Shown here one piece after another: positions 18,504 to 27,628 of a stretch of DNA of 64,000 nucleotides (position 1 is the first letter of the stretch; each line of letters opens with the position of its first letter). The stretch lies in the IMG/VR virus record IMGVR_UViG_3300017917_002228, positions 96,496 through 160,495 of that record, one strand, 5' to 3'. The notes under the pieces are model-generated. The model was not told where the DNA came from, ran no database searches, and saw nothing but the letters and a program-made list of their open reading frames with translations. The DNA is from a virus. A program made the position numbers and the translations under genes.

Positions 18504-19129
18504 GGTATCATATGGTGAAGAGTGTAAGAACTATGTTCGTGCTTAACCTCTTCACTGCCTACATGTTTCCACTTTTGGCCATGAGCTAGAATATATTCAT
18601 GCTCTGGATCCATAGTTACCTGAGATCTATTTAAACCATCAGCATAGATGCCGTGTTTAGATCCTTTAGCTAAATGAAAATGAATAACATGACCACCGTG
18701 TGCTTTACCGCTAAATTCGGCTGCATGTTGTGGATTTAAAGATGTAGATGTATAATTTTTATTCATCCATACTTTATCGTGAGTATCTTTTCTAGGATCA
18801 ACAGATACACCATGATAAACGTGAACTGAACTATTTAATGGTTTTGTTTTAGTAATAGCATGATCTAATCTTATTCTAGTTCTATCATTTTTAGTAGAAA
18901 GAACTTCACTAGGATGTTTACCTTCATTATAAGCTTTTCTTATCTGCTTATTAATATTCTTACTATCATCGGTATAGTGTTGTAATGCACCAATATGATT
19001 ACCGGTAAAGTCTTTAGGGTCAACTGATTTAGATAACACCTGATGTGCTTTAGTTAGATATTTTTCTTTTGCTAATATATCTAAACGTCTTATATTAGCG
19101 TTTTCTAAAAACATTTTAAACGTAATCAT
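18488..19129 (-). CDS. Alt/Mod-like (VIP2 fold) ADP-ribosyltransferase with capsid-targeting-like N-terminus
   Basis: YTDDSKNIN helix, VYHG, YTSTS, EHEYIL; N-terminus MITFKMFLE. Confidence 0.8.
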   Translation of the reverse strand: MITFKMFLENANIRRLDILAKEKYLTKAHQVLSKSVDPKDFTGNHIGALQHYTDDSKNINKQIRKAYNEGKHPSEVLSTKNDRTRIRLDHAITKTKPLNSSVHVYHGVSVDPRKDTHDKVWMNKNYTSTSLNPQHAAEFSGKAHGGHVIHFHLAKGSKHGIYADGLNRSQVTMDPEHEYILAHGQKWKHVGSEEVKHEHSSYTLHHMIPHKED

Positions 19130-19148
19130 TCTAATCTCCGTTTAAAAA

Positions 19149-19156
19149 TATTTATA
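19149..19156 (-). promoter_or_regulatory. T4-type late promoter TATAAATA for the ART gene
   Basis: Exact TATAAATA on the minus strand about 20 nt before the ART start. Confidence 0.8.
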
Positions 19157-19190
19157 TATATTTGTGATCCACTAATAAAAGAGGATGTAA

Positions 19191-19427
19191 ATGGACTGGG
19201 AAGAAGTAGTACAAATAATTTCTGATTCTGTAAAAGAGCATGAAGTGCGTAGAGCAATCTATAAGAGAATGCTAGAAACACTTGCTGATGATGAACGTGA
19301 TATTAAAGCAGCCTTAGAAATTGATACCGTATTCGATGAAGAGGCTGAAGAATATATCGATTTAGAAGCTTATGATCATGATCTATTTGAAGATGAAGCT
19401 TACGACTACGATCAAGAAGATGAATAA
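19191..19427 (+). CDS. Acidic hypothetical protein
   Basis: ORF with GAGG RBS; very acidic C-terminus. Confidence 0.6.
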   Translation: MDWEEVVQIISDSVKEHEVRRAIYKRMLETLADDERDIKAALEIDTVFDEEAEEYIDLEAYDHDLFEDEAYDYDQEDE

Positions 19428-19435
19428 ATATCTTC

Positions 19436-19984
19436 ATGAGAGTAATAGGAATAGATTATAGTTTAACATCTCCGAGTATCTGTGTTTATGACTTAAGCGA
19501 TGAGTTTAAGTTAGATAGTTGCAAGTTTTACTATCTAACATCAAATAAGAAGCTTGACATAGACACAGATAACATCCATGGTGATCTTCATACTGATTAT
19601 AAGTCAAATGAAGAGAGATATTATAATATCACCAAATGGGTAATGGATAAGTTACAAGAAGACGATAAAGTCTTTATTGAAGGTTATTCATTAGGTTCTA
19701 CAGGAATGGTATTTAACATTGCTGAGAACTGCGGACTGTTAAAACACTATTTGTGGAAAAATAACTATTCATATGAAATTATACCTCCTACCGTTATCAA
19801 GAAATTTGCTACTGGTAAGGGGAATGCTAACAAAGAAAAAATGCAAGATGCATTTATAAATGAAACAGGATATGATGTGAAGAAGAGATTGAATTTGACT
19901 GATAAGCAGTGGAATCCATCTTCTGATATTATTGACAGTTTCTTTATTTGCAAGTATGGAGTAAAATATGTTACAGAAACTTAA
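19436..19984 (+). CDS. RuvC-like Holliday junction resolvase
   Basis: IGIDYSLT, FIEGYS, IKKFATGKGNA.KE.M, DIIDS catalytic pattern. Confidence 0.85.
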   Translation: MRVIGIDYSLTSPSICVYDLSDEFKLDSCKFYYLTSNKKLDIDTDNIHGDLHTDYKSNEERYYNITKWVMDKLQEDDKVFIEGYSLGSTGMVFNIAENCGLLKHYLWKNNYSYEIIPPTVIKKFATGKGNANKEKMQDAFINETGYDVKKRLNLTDKQWNPSSDIIDSFFICKYGVKYVTET

Positions 19985-20162
19985 AGCAGTCTGGGACAAA
20001 ATTGTACATTTCTTTGTCGGTGATTCTGGAACTCAGGTTGTTGTGACTGCTAAGGTCAAGAAACCAAGAGCAACAAAAGGCGCTAAAAAGCCTGCTGCTA
20101 AGCCAGAAAAGCCAGCTAAGGAAGTAAAGAGTGTCAGAACAACAAAGAAAACTTCTAAGTAA
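19968..20162 (+). CDS. Small Lys-rich hypothetical protein
   Basis: Coupled ORF with a K/A/P-rich tail. Confidence 0.5.
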   Translation: MLQKLKAVWDKIVHFFVGDSGTQVVVTAKVKKPRATKGAKKPAAKPEKPAKEVKSVRTTKKTSK

Positions 20163-20358
20163 TACTATAGCTGTACAAGAGATGGGCCTCCCTATATTAC
20201 ACGGGGAGTGCCCACATTGTAAAAGAGGAAACAGATCACTAGTAATAGTTGATTTCGTTCCTAATAAAAAGCATAATACTGAGAGTACAATGTATATACA
20301 ATGCATTGCATGTTCTGGATTATTTCAATCTAAAGTGAAACACGTAGCTCAGGAATAG
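20131..20358 (+). CDS. Zinc-ribbon protein (start may be 20182)
   Basis: CPHC...CIAC. Confidence 0.55.
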   Translation: MSEQQRKLLSNTIAVQEMGLPILHGECPHCKRGNRSLVIVDFVPNKKHNTESTMYIQCIACSGLFQSKVKHVAQE

Positions 20359-20361
20359 ATC

Positions 20362-20637
20362 ATGGCTAAGAAAAAAATCCGCTCAAAGTATACCTCTAAA
20401 GGTCAACGTGCTAATTCCAGTGAAGAGCTTTCGAAAGCTGTTCGTCGTGATATTGCATACCTTGATCGTCTTACTAATCAGCTCAAAGCCTGGTCAAGAG
20501 GTCGTAAGACTATGGTGACGATCGAAAATCCAAATCCAAATGAAACAAACAAGCGCTTTATTAAGGTCGAAGGAAACGTATTCTTTGGTCCGTGGAAGCG
20601 TACAGGCGACGTAATGGGTAAGAATTCTAATGATTGA
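20362..20637 (+). CDS. Conserved basic hypothetical protein
   Basis: YTSKGQR...AW.RG...TIENPNPNETNKRFIKV. Confidence 0.65.
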   Translation: MAKKKIRSKYTSKGQRANSSEELSKAVRRDIAYLDRLTNQLKAWSRGRKTMVTIENPNPNETNKRFIKVEGNVFFGPWKRTGDVMGKNSND

Positions 20638-20878
20638 AGTATACGGGAAACCTGATTGTGGCTACTGCATCAAAGCAAAAAACATCCTCAAAGAACACGA
20701 AATCCCGTTTAAGTATTACACCGTGGGTCAAGATATTGATGTCGGATCAGTCCTTGAAAGATTCCCTGGTGCTCGTACTGTTCCTATTATCGTTGTCAAC
20801 GGTAATTGGATTGGTGGCTATGATGATTTAAAAGAACATTTAGAGGATACTAGTAATGGATTCGGTGATGATTTCTAA
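20630..20878 (+). CDS. Glutaredoxin
   Basis: CGYC, TVPII, IGGYDDL. Confidence 0.92.
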   Translation: MIEVYGKPDCGYCIKAKNILKEHEIPFKYYTVGQDIDVGSVLERFPGARTVPIIVVNGNWIGGYDDLKEHLEDTSNGFGDDF

Positions 20879-21110
20879 AGGTGAATTGGTTGAAATGCTG
20901 CACGAAGGTGTTATCAGTGTAGCGTTTGAAAAGACTGATGGTACAATGCGCACTATGCGTTGTACTCTACGTGAAGACTATATTACTTCTCATGAAAAGA
21001 AGACTGATCGTACTAAGAAGTCTAATGAAGAAGTTCTTCCAGTATGGGATTTAGACGCTAATAGTTGGCGTTCATTCAGAGTATCTTCAGTTAAAGACGT
21101 TTATAAATAA
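20856..21110 (+). CDS. SH3-fold/WYL-like small protein
   Basis: F.K.DGT.R.M.CTL...VWDL...WRSFR. Confidence 0.75.
   Translation: MDSVMISKGELVEMLHEGVISVAFEKTDGTMRTMRCTLREDYITSHEKKTDRTKKSNEEVLPVWDLDANSWRSFRVSSVKDVYK
21102..21109 (+). promoter_or_regulatory. T4-type late promoter TATAAATA
   Basis: Exact match just upstream of the membrane protein at 21130. Confidence 0.75.
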
Positions 21111-21129
21111 TACAACGTAAACGTTTTCA

Positions 21130-21471
21130 ATGGAAATTACAATGTCTGAACCAACATTCTCTGCACCAGTAATGGCAAAAATCATTGCTGGGCTCGGCGG
21201 ATTAGTAGGTGGGACTTTGTTTATGGCATTCTATAGACCAAAGAACGTCTGGGATGCAGCTGTTAGATCCAGTGTTAGCACAACAATGGCTATCATTGGA
21301 TCAGCCCCTCTTCTAAATTATCTTAATCTTTCTTTAAAAACAGATAATATCATAGCTGCAGCTGTATTCATTGGCTTTATATCATGGTCATGTATATCAT
21401 TATTAGCTAAGCTTCTATTAAAAGCACATGATGATAAGGTAAAATGGAAAATACCTTTCATTGAAAAATAA
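21130..21471 (+). CDS. Putative holin (3 TM helices)
   Basis: Three hydrophobic segments, charged C-terminus, own late promoter, possible dual start (M1, M5). Confidence 0.5.
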   Translation: MEITMSEPTFSAPVMAKIIAGLGGLVGGTLFMAFYRPKNVWDAAVRSSVSTTMAIIGSAPLLNYLNLSLKTDNIIAAAVFIGFISWSCISLLAKLLLKAHDDKVKWKIPFIEK

Positions 21472-21492
21472 TTAACAACGTGAGATTTTGTT

Positions 21493-22470
21493 ATGGAAAA
21501 GAATGAGTTGAATAAAAACGCCCGTGGCGGTACTGAGCTTATGCAAGAACGTCTGCATAAGTCACTTCCTTCTGAACTGTTAGAGCAGTTTCAGATTATT
21601 CCATCTCGCGTTAGAGAATTAGAACCTAACAAGAAGCATATTCTTTGGCTTCACGATCTTCCTCAAGATCCAGAATCAGCACACTTATCAGATATAGCAT
21701 CTAGAGCACGTTTTAGTCGCATTGTGTGTGTATCTGATTGGCAAATGCAGATGTATAACTTGATTGCTGGTGTTCCTTATAACGAATGTGCTGTTATTAA
21801 GAACGCCATCTATCCAATCCCAGTAGAATCTAAACCGTATGATGGTACAGTTCGTCTCATCTATCACACTACTCCTCATCGTGGTCTAGAGATTCTAGTA
21901 CCAGTCTTTGAAGAGCTGTGCAAGATGCATGATAATATTCATCTTGACGTTTATTCAAGCTTTAAAATTTACGGATGGGAAGAGCGTGATCAGCAGTATG
22001 CTGACTTAATTGAACGCTGCAAGAATCATCCTAACATTACCTATCATGGATCAGTATCGAATGAAGAAGTAAGAGAAGCTCTTACAAAGAGCCATATCTT
22101 TGCTTACCCTTGCATTTGGCCTGAGACGTCTTGCTTGGCTGTTATTGAAGCGATGTCTGCAATGAATTTGGTAGTGTGTCCTAATTTTGCTGCACTACCA
22201 GAAACGTGCGCAAACTTTGCAATGATGTATCCGTTTAGAGAAAATAAAAACGTGCATGCAGTTCAATTTGCACACACGTTGAATAATGCTATCGATACTG
22301 TTAAAAATTATTACGACACAGTTAAGCCGCTCCTTGTGTTCCAGAAGCAGTACTTTGACTACTTCTACAACTGGGAACGGCGTAAGTTAGAATGGCAGTA
22401 TTTGTTAGAGTCGCTAGTACCAGCAGCTGAGAGTACTGATATGGGAGAGTTACCCGCCGTTGGCGAGTAA
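21493..22470 (+). CDS. Glycosyltransferase (GT4/GT-B)
   Basis: GGTE, LWLHD, TPHRGL, ETSCLAVIEAM. Confidence 0.88.
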   Translation: MEKNELNKNARGGTELMQERLHKSLPSELLEQFQIIPSRVRELEPNKKHILWLHDLPQDPESAHLSDIASRARFSRIVCVSDWQMQMYNLIAGVPYNECAVIKNAIYPIPVESKPYDGTVRLIYHTTPHRGLEILVPVFEELCKMHDNIHLDVYSSFKIYGWEERDQQYADLIERCKNHPNITYHGSVSNEEVREALTKSHIFAYPCIWPETSCLAVIEAMSAMNLVVCPNFAALPETCANFAMMYPFRENKNVHAVQFAHTLNNAIDTVKNYYDTVKPLLVFQKQYFDYFYNWERRKLEWQYLLESLVPAAESTDMGELPAVGE

Positions 22471-22866
22471 GTCTTTCTTGAGAGACTCAACAGCCCATTT
22501 GCCGAGCTCGGTAAACAAAATACCGCGCTCCCAAACCCAATGCTCAATATCCTGTCCATGTTGAAACTCCTCAATAGGAGTCATCCAGCGAAGAGCTGTC
22601 TCTCTATCACAGCCCTTGCCTACTTTCATAATTTCAGTGAGCTCACGCTCAAACTCTGCAACAGCTTCTGCTTCAATACGCTGATCTTCTTGCCAACGAT
22701 ATTCGAGTTCAACAGCAAGACCATCCCAGATCTTCTGCTTTCGAGCATCATCAGCCTTATTCCACATATACCAGAAGTCCTCACGAGGACGCCAGCCACG
22801 AGCATCTTTGTGAAGATCTGAAATAATGCTCTCATCGAATGTGTACATATCATCTCTCCTTATCAT
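22450..22866 (-). CDS. Hypothetical early protein
   Basis: ISDLHKDARGWRP motif; preceded by a divergent promoter; likely start at MYTF after AGGAGAG. Confidence 0.7.
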   Translation of the reverse strand: MIRRDDMYTFDESIISDLHKDARGWRPREDFWYMWNKADDARKQKIWDGLAVELEYRWQEDQRIEAEAVAEFERELTEIMKVGKGCDRETALRWMTPIEEFQHGQDIEHWVWERGILFTELGKWAVESLKKDLLANGG

Positions 22867-23012
22867 AACATATAATATGATATGCTCAAAATTAGTGCAA
22901 CTGTTTTTATAAAAAAACTAACCCATTGAAATCATTGAGTTTTTTAGATTTAAACTGTTGAAAAACGTGTATTTTTACGTAGTTGCACTAATTTCATAGA
23001 TATGCTATGATA
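22861..23012. promoter_or_regulatory. Back-to-back early promoters sharing a 14-bp inverted repeat
   Basis: AAATTAGTGCAACT (22889-22902) is the reverse complement of AGTTGCACTAATTT (22981-22994); each copy gives a TTGCAC -35 followed by a -10-like box. Confidence 0.7.
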
Positions 23013-23039
23013 TATGTCTAGGTAGCTATGGAGAGTAAA

Positions 23040-23222
23040 ATGTTTAACAACTACTTCACAAACTACTTCTCAAACTTCAAAAATGCACTAACAGACTACT
23101 ACAACGATCCTTTCTTTCCTCTCTCAGAAGAAAAATGGTATAAAAAACCAGTAGTAGTAGTAGATGGTTTCTTTTACATACTCCTCAACAAAAAAGAAAC
23201 CAGAGATATCTATAACGATTAA
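23040..23222 (+). CDS. Small early protein with extreme codon bias
   Basis: GGAGAG RBS at 23030-23035, ATG at 23040, hairpin downstream. Confidence 0.6.
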   Translation: MFNNYFTNYFSNFKNALTDYYNDPFFPLSEEKWYKKPVVVVDGFFYILLNKKETRDIYND

Positions 23223-23234
23223 TCATATAATAAT

Positions 23235-23262
23235 AGAGAGGGATAATACCCTCTCTTCCTTC
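23235..23262 (+). terminator. Stem-loop (terminator or processing site)
   Basis: AGAGAGGG-ATAATA-CCCTCTCT followed by a pyrimidine tract. Confidence 0.55.
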
Positions 23263-23278
23263 CTCTATAGGGTGTACT

Positions 23279-24412
23279 ATGGCTAAAAAACCAGTTCTGC
23301 AAAAACGTGTAAAGAAAACAGCACGGAAGTCTCACAATGAAGTCTATCTGGTTAACCGTAAGTATCTGGGTGATGAGCCTTTGTTTGATGGCCCCGTTCT
23401 TCGCACTGAGCTTGCTCGTGCGTTGACATGGTACAATTATATGTGCGATTACGACGAGGCTCGTGAGTACATTATTGACTATCTAAAGTCAGTAAAGAAA
23501 GATCAGCTGATTAAAAAGATCAAGCGAGTTCCTAATAATCGTCTACCTACTACTGCTGCATGGGTGTTTCGTTTATCTATGCGTGGTGCTAAACTTGAAG
23601 GTGATTCTGTTGAGCAGGCTATGACTTTGCTTCAGAACTCTTTTAAGTATATGGAAGAGGAAAAGAAAGAAGAAGAGACTATTGTAATAGAAAAGCCTAC
23701 GATTCAAGATCGTATTGCCGATAAAATGAGTGAATACATCGGAGATATCGAGAATATTATCGATAATCCTCCTGCTGACTTTTCTATGTACAAACATCTT
23801 GTATCGACTGAGTTTCCTGCCAAACTCACTACTAAGGTAGCTGAGTACTATAAACCTATGGTTGTAGAACTTGCAGAAGCTGTTCTTGGTAAGGATGAGC
23901 AGGTACGAGAAGGCTATAAGTCGTTTACTAAAGCACAGCTCAAAGAACGTCTTGCACTCTATACTATGATTGTAGATGATTGTGAACGGTATTCTGGTAA
24001 TATCAAGAAGTCTCGTGCTCCTCGTAAGTCTAAACCTATTACAGCAGAGAAGAAACTGAAACACTTTAAGTACCTCAAGGAAGATAATGCACTTAAGCTT
24101 AAGTCAGTTAATCCGGAAACTATTCTGGGTGCGCAAGAGCTTTGGACTTATAACAACAAGTATAAGACTCTGACTGTGTTTCGTGCACGAGGTCCTGCTG
24201 GTCTAGATGTAAATCGTATGTCCATCATTGGCTTTGATGTTGAGTCATCTACATCTAAACGTATCGGTCGAAAGACAGAAGATGTATTGAACCGTGTACT
24301 TACAGGAGGTAAGATCGTGCTTCGTAAAATCTTTGATGAGATCACTTCTGAGGCTGCAGAGGTTAACGAACGCCTAAATAATAATGTAATCCTCCTCAAA
24401 ACGGTGAGGTAA
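23279..24412 (+). CDS. Conserved T4-like hypothetical protein
   Basis: Long ORF; L.WYNY, LKSVNP..I.GA.ELW.YN.K motifs. Confidence 0.7.
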   Translation: MAKKPVLQKRVKKTARKSHNEVYLVNRKYLGDEPLFDGPVLRTELARALTWYNYMCDYDEAREYIIDYLKSVKKDQLIKKIKRVPNNRLPTTAAWVFRLSMRGAKLEGDSVEQAMTLLQNSFKYMEEEKKEEETIVIEKPTIQDRIADKMSEYIGDIENIIDNPPADFSMYKHLVSTEFPAKLTTKVAEYYKPMVVELAEAVLGKDEQVREGYKSFTKAQLKERLALYTMIVDDCERYSGNIKKSRAPRKSKPITAEKKLKHFKYLKEDNALKLKSVNPETILGAQELWTYNNKYKTLTVFRARGPAGLDVNRMSIIGFDVESSTSKRIGRKTEDVLNRVLTGGKIVLRKIFDEITSEAAEVNERLNNNVILLKTVR

Positions 24413-24780
24413 TGACTGAAAATATAGTCAAGTTCCCAAAGCAGCCTTTTGAATCTTTTCCAGCAAATATTGAAGAATCTGTAACGCATATTGAAGCCGT
24501 AAGGCGTGACTACTGTGATCAAGTAAGCGCCGATGTATTCGAAGCTGCTTTATCAGTAGTGCACAATTATGGTTTTATGACTCGTACTGATGAAGATAAT
24601 TACATAAAAGATTTAATCTTCTTAGAAGAAACTATTAAAGCTTTTGTGTATAGATATAAACATCTTAATCATCAGTTTCATGATATGATAGAGCATGCTA
24701 TCAATATGCCTGGTGAATTAAAAACACCAGATACAGATGAAGAAAAGTCTACAGAGACAGTTGAAAGTTTAAAACAATAA
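24412..24780 (+). CDS. Hypothetical protein
   Basis: Coupled ORF; N-terminal NIVKFP. Confidence 0.65.
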   Translation: MTENIVKFPKQPFESFPANIEESVTHIEAVRRDYCDQVSADVFEAALSVVHNYGFMTRTDEDNYIKDLIFLEETIKAFVYRYKHLNHQFHDMIEHAINMPGELKTPDTDEEKSTETVESLKQ

Positions 24781-24789
24781 CTATATAAT
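24758..24789 (+). promoter_or_regulatory. Sigma70-like promoter
   Basis: CAGTTGAAA-17 nt-TATAAT upstream of rnh. Confidence 0.6.
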
Positions 24790-24816
24790 ATATAGAATGA
24801 TTAAAGTGGATTCGAA

Positions 24817-25653
24817 ATGATCATCGTAGATTTTAATCAGGTTATGATCTCAAACCTGATGACGCAACTTGGTAATCATACAAACGTTCCTCTAGAAGAG
24901 GGACTGTTTCGACATATGGTTATTAACTCTATTCGTAGCTACAAACAAAAGTTTGGCCACGAATATGGAGAGATCGTTATCGCCTGTGATGATAAAAATT
25001 ACTGGCGCAAAAAAGTATTTCCCTATTACAAAGCTAACCGTAAAAAGAACAGAGAAGCTTCTGAGCTTAACTGGACAACGGTGTTTAATATCTTTGATAA
25101 GATTAAACAAGAGCTTCGTGAATACTTCCCTTATAGAGTCATTCAAGTTGAATCTGCAGAAGCAGATGATATTATTGCGACATTAGTTCGCCATTCAGAA
25201 GATGAGAAAGTTCTCATTCTATCTGGTGATAAAGACTTTGTGCAACTTCAGACTGACTCTCGTGTTAAACAATACGATCCAGTCAGAAAGAAGTGGTTAG
25301 CACATGACGATCCTGGCCGATATCTTACCGAGCATATCCTCAAAGGCGATACTGGTGACGGTATACCTAACGTGTTGTCTGATGATGATACGTTCGTTGC
25401 TAACAAGCGGCAAAAGCCGCTTACGCAAAAGAAGATAGATTCGTTCTTAGATAGTGATAGTCTACCTTCCGAGATCATGCGTAACTTCCAGCGCAATAAA
25501 CAGGTAGTAGATCTCTCACTTATACCTCTAGACATCTCAACACAAATACTTGATAAATATAACCAAGAAGCAGGTAAGGGTAGAGAAAAGATCTTCGTCT
25601 ATTTTATGTTGTTTAAACTGAAACACCTTATGGAAAACTTGAGTGACTTTTAA
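24817..25653 (+). CDS. rnh: RNase H / 5'-3' exonuclease (T4 rnh)
   Basis: YWRK..FPYYKANRK, EADDIIA, SGDKDFVQL, GDTGDGIPN. Confidence 0.93.
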   Translation: MIIVDFNQVMISNLMTQLGNHTNVPLEEGLFRHMVINSIRSYKQKFGHEYGEIVIACDDKNYWRKKVFPYYKANRKKNREASELNWTTVFNIFDKIKQELREYFPYRVIQVESAEADDIIATLVRHSEDEKVLILSGDKDFVQLQTDSRVKQYDPVRKKWLAHDDPGRYLTEHILKGDTGDGIPNVLSDDDTFVANKRQKPLTQKKIDSFLDSDSLPSEIMRNFQRNKQVVDLSLIPLDISTQILDKYNQEAGKGREKIFVYFMLFKLKHLMENLSDF

Positions 25654-26069
25654 TGGCTAAACCTTCACTATCATCTATTCTAAAAGAAGCAGCTAAACAA
25701 GAAACGTTGACTGATAAAGTTAACTTCTTAAAAAGAAACGATTCCCCATCTTTAAGATCTCTTGTAGCACATATTTTTGATCCTCGTATCAAATTCTTGC
25801 TACCTGAAGGTGATCCTCCTTATCAACCATCTCAATTTGATACTCAGATGAGACTCTATACAGAGATTAGAAAACTTTATATCTGGGTTGAAGGTGTTGG
25901 TCCTCAAATGCCAACCGTTAAAAGAGAAAAACTGTTTATTGATCTTCTGGAAGCAGTTGATCCAGAAGATGCAAAAGTGCTTCTGTCCATGAAGGATAAG
26001 AAGAGTCCTTATGAAGGGCTTACGTCTGAAGTCGCGTATACTGCTTTTCCGGAGTTGTTTCCAACATGA
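25653..26069 (+). CDS. Conserved T4-like hypothetical protein
   Basis: FLLPEGDPPY...KREKLFIDLLE.V.P.DA. Confidence 0.7.
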   Translation: MAKPSLSSILKEAAKQETLTDKVNFLKRNDSPSLRSLVAHIFDPRIKFLLPEGDPPYQPSQFDTQMRLYTEIRKLYIWVEGVGPQMPTVKREKLFIDLLEAVDPEDAKVLLSMKDKKSPYEGLTSEVAYTAFPELFPT

Positions 26070-26260
26070 GTAAGGCTACTAAATTTCACTTTACAAATGT
26101 GAAAAATAAAAAGAAGTCTTTTAACTACAACTACACAGATGAAGAACATGTTTCTCTAAAAGAAATTAGGCGTGACAGAGAACATAAACAGTATCGTAAT
26201 TATGAAAATGCTCTTAGGTCGAAAAATCTAGATCGACTTATGGAGTATGAGGACGATTAA
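26066..26260 (+). CDS. Hypothetical protein
   Basis: Translationally coupled small ORF. Confidence 0.55.
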   Translation: MSKATKFHFTNVKNKKKSFNYNYTDEEHVSLKEIRRDREHKQYRNYENALRSKNLDRLMEYEDD

Positions 26261-26448
26261 TGGAATTATTTCAAAATTTGTGGTTTACTCTAGGAATAAC
26301 TTCCATTATGGCAGTTGTTGCTTGCATCTATTATTTCAAAGGTAGAAGTGCAGGCATCATGGAAGTTCTAGAGAAATTTAATGAGCTTGAGCCAGAAGCT
26401 TATAAGCGTGTTATCAACAAACTGAGAGCAAGATTAGAAAATGACTAA
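26260..26448 (+). CDS. Small membrane protein
   Basis: One N-terminal TM helix. Confidence 0.55.
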   Translation: MELFQNLWFTLGITSIMAVVACIYYFKGRSAGIMEVLEKFNELEPEAYKRVINKLRARLEND

Positions 26449-26626
26449 GCAACCAGAATTTCTTATTGATGGTGTACACCCTTACGATAATCCTAACCTC
26501 AAAAAGACTTCTAAGCCTCTAGAAGAAACTGTTAAGGAAGAGATGCGTGCGCAAGGACTTGATCCGCTAAATAAACAAGACGTTCAGAAGTTCTGGTCGT
26601 CTAAAGGCATAGGTATTAATGGCTAA
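26441..26626 (+). CDS. Hypothetical protein
   Basis: Coupled small ORF. Confidence 0.55.
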   Translation: MTKQPEFLIDGVHPYDNPNLKKTSKPLEETVKEEMRAQGLDPLNKQDVQKFWSSKGIGING

Positions 26627-26855
26627 TTATACGTTTTTCAATACCGAAACAAATAGAGAGGAAGACCTCTCTATGCCTATCTCTGAGCTTGATGAATTCA
26701 AAGCTCGTAACCCTCACATGCAACAAATAATCAAGACAGCTCCTGCTATTGCAGACCCAACTCGTCTCGGGCTAAAAAAGCCTGATGCGGGTTTTCGTGA
26801 TGTCTTAAAGAAGGTGAAGAGAGCACATGTAAGGAGCACTGTCAATACCTGGTAA
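26619..26855 (+). CDS. FmdB-like small protein lacking Cys
   Basis: YTF.N.ET......M.ISELDEF...NP...KPDAGFRDVL; sits just upstream of phoH. Confidence 0.6.
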   Translation: MANYTFFNTETNREEDLSMPISELDEFKARNPHMQQIIKTAPAIADPTRLGLKKPDAGFRDVLKKVKRAHVRSTVNTW

Positions 26856-26864
26856 GAGGCAATC

Positions 26865-27614
26865 ATGGAAAGACTCTCACGCGCTGAAAAGAGATTAATG
26901 AAGCAACAAAAGCGTCAAGAGGCCAATATTAATAAAAACAATCTATCGTTAAAACAAGTAACACCGAAGACTAAAAATCAGGAGATTGTATTCAGAGATT
27001 TTTCAAACGGTAAAAATCTACTAATCCATGGACTACCAGGTACAGGCAAATCGTTTGTATCACTCTACCTCGCTCTATCAGAGATAGACGATTTTAAAAC
27101 CTACCATAACGTAACTATTATACGTTCAGTCGTCCCATCTAGAGACATGGGATTCCTTCCTGGCAATATCAAAGAAAAGTCAAAGATCTACGAACTACCA
27201 TATCAAGCAATTTGTAATGAGCTTTATGGTAGAGGAGATGCTTACGAGATACTAAAGAGCAAAGGCATCATTGACTTTCAAACATCATCATTCCTAAGAG
27301 GTCTAACTCTAGATCATTCTATTATTATCGTAGATGAATGTCAGAATATGACCTTCCAAGAACTATCAACCATTATTACTAGAACCGGCCAGAATGCTCG
27401 CATAATTTTCTGTGGAGATTATAGACAAACGGATCTAAAATTTAATGATGAGAAGAGAGGCATTCTAGACTTTATGAACATTCTTCATAAGATGAATAAA
27501 TACTTTACCAGTATCGAATTCAACGAAGAAGATATTGTTCGTTCAGGTCTAGTAAAAGACTTTATTATTAAGAAGGCTGCTTTCGAAAGTAAAGTTCCTT
27601 CGTTTATGTCATAA
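26865..27614 (+). CDS. phoH: PhoH-like ATPase
   Basis: GLPGTGKS, GFLPG, FLRGLT, IVDECQN, GDYRQTD, DIVRSGLVK. Confidence 0.95.
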   Translation: MERLSRAEKRLMKQQKRQEANINKNNLSLKQVTPKTKNQEIVFRDFSNGKNLLIHGLPGTGKSFVSLYLALSEIDDFKTYHNVTIIRSVVPSRDMGFLPGNIKEKSKIYELPYQAICNELYGRGDAYEILKSKGIIDFQTSSFLRGLTLDHSIIIVDECQNMTFQELSTIITRTGQNARIIFCGDYRQTDLKFNDEKRGILDFMNILHKMNKYFTSIEFNEEDIVRSGLVKDFIIKKAAFESKVPSFMS

Positions 27615-27628
27615 GGGTATTTTTTGTT

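Noticed and set aside
23040-23222. AAC-rich stretch resembling a DGR template repeat
   Set aside because: No reverse transcriptase in the window and I found no matching variable repeat differing at adenines
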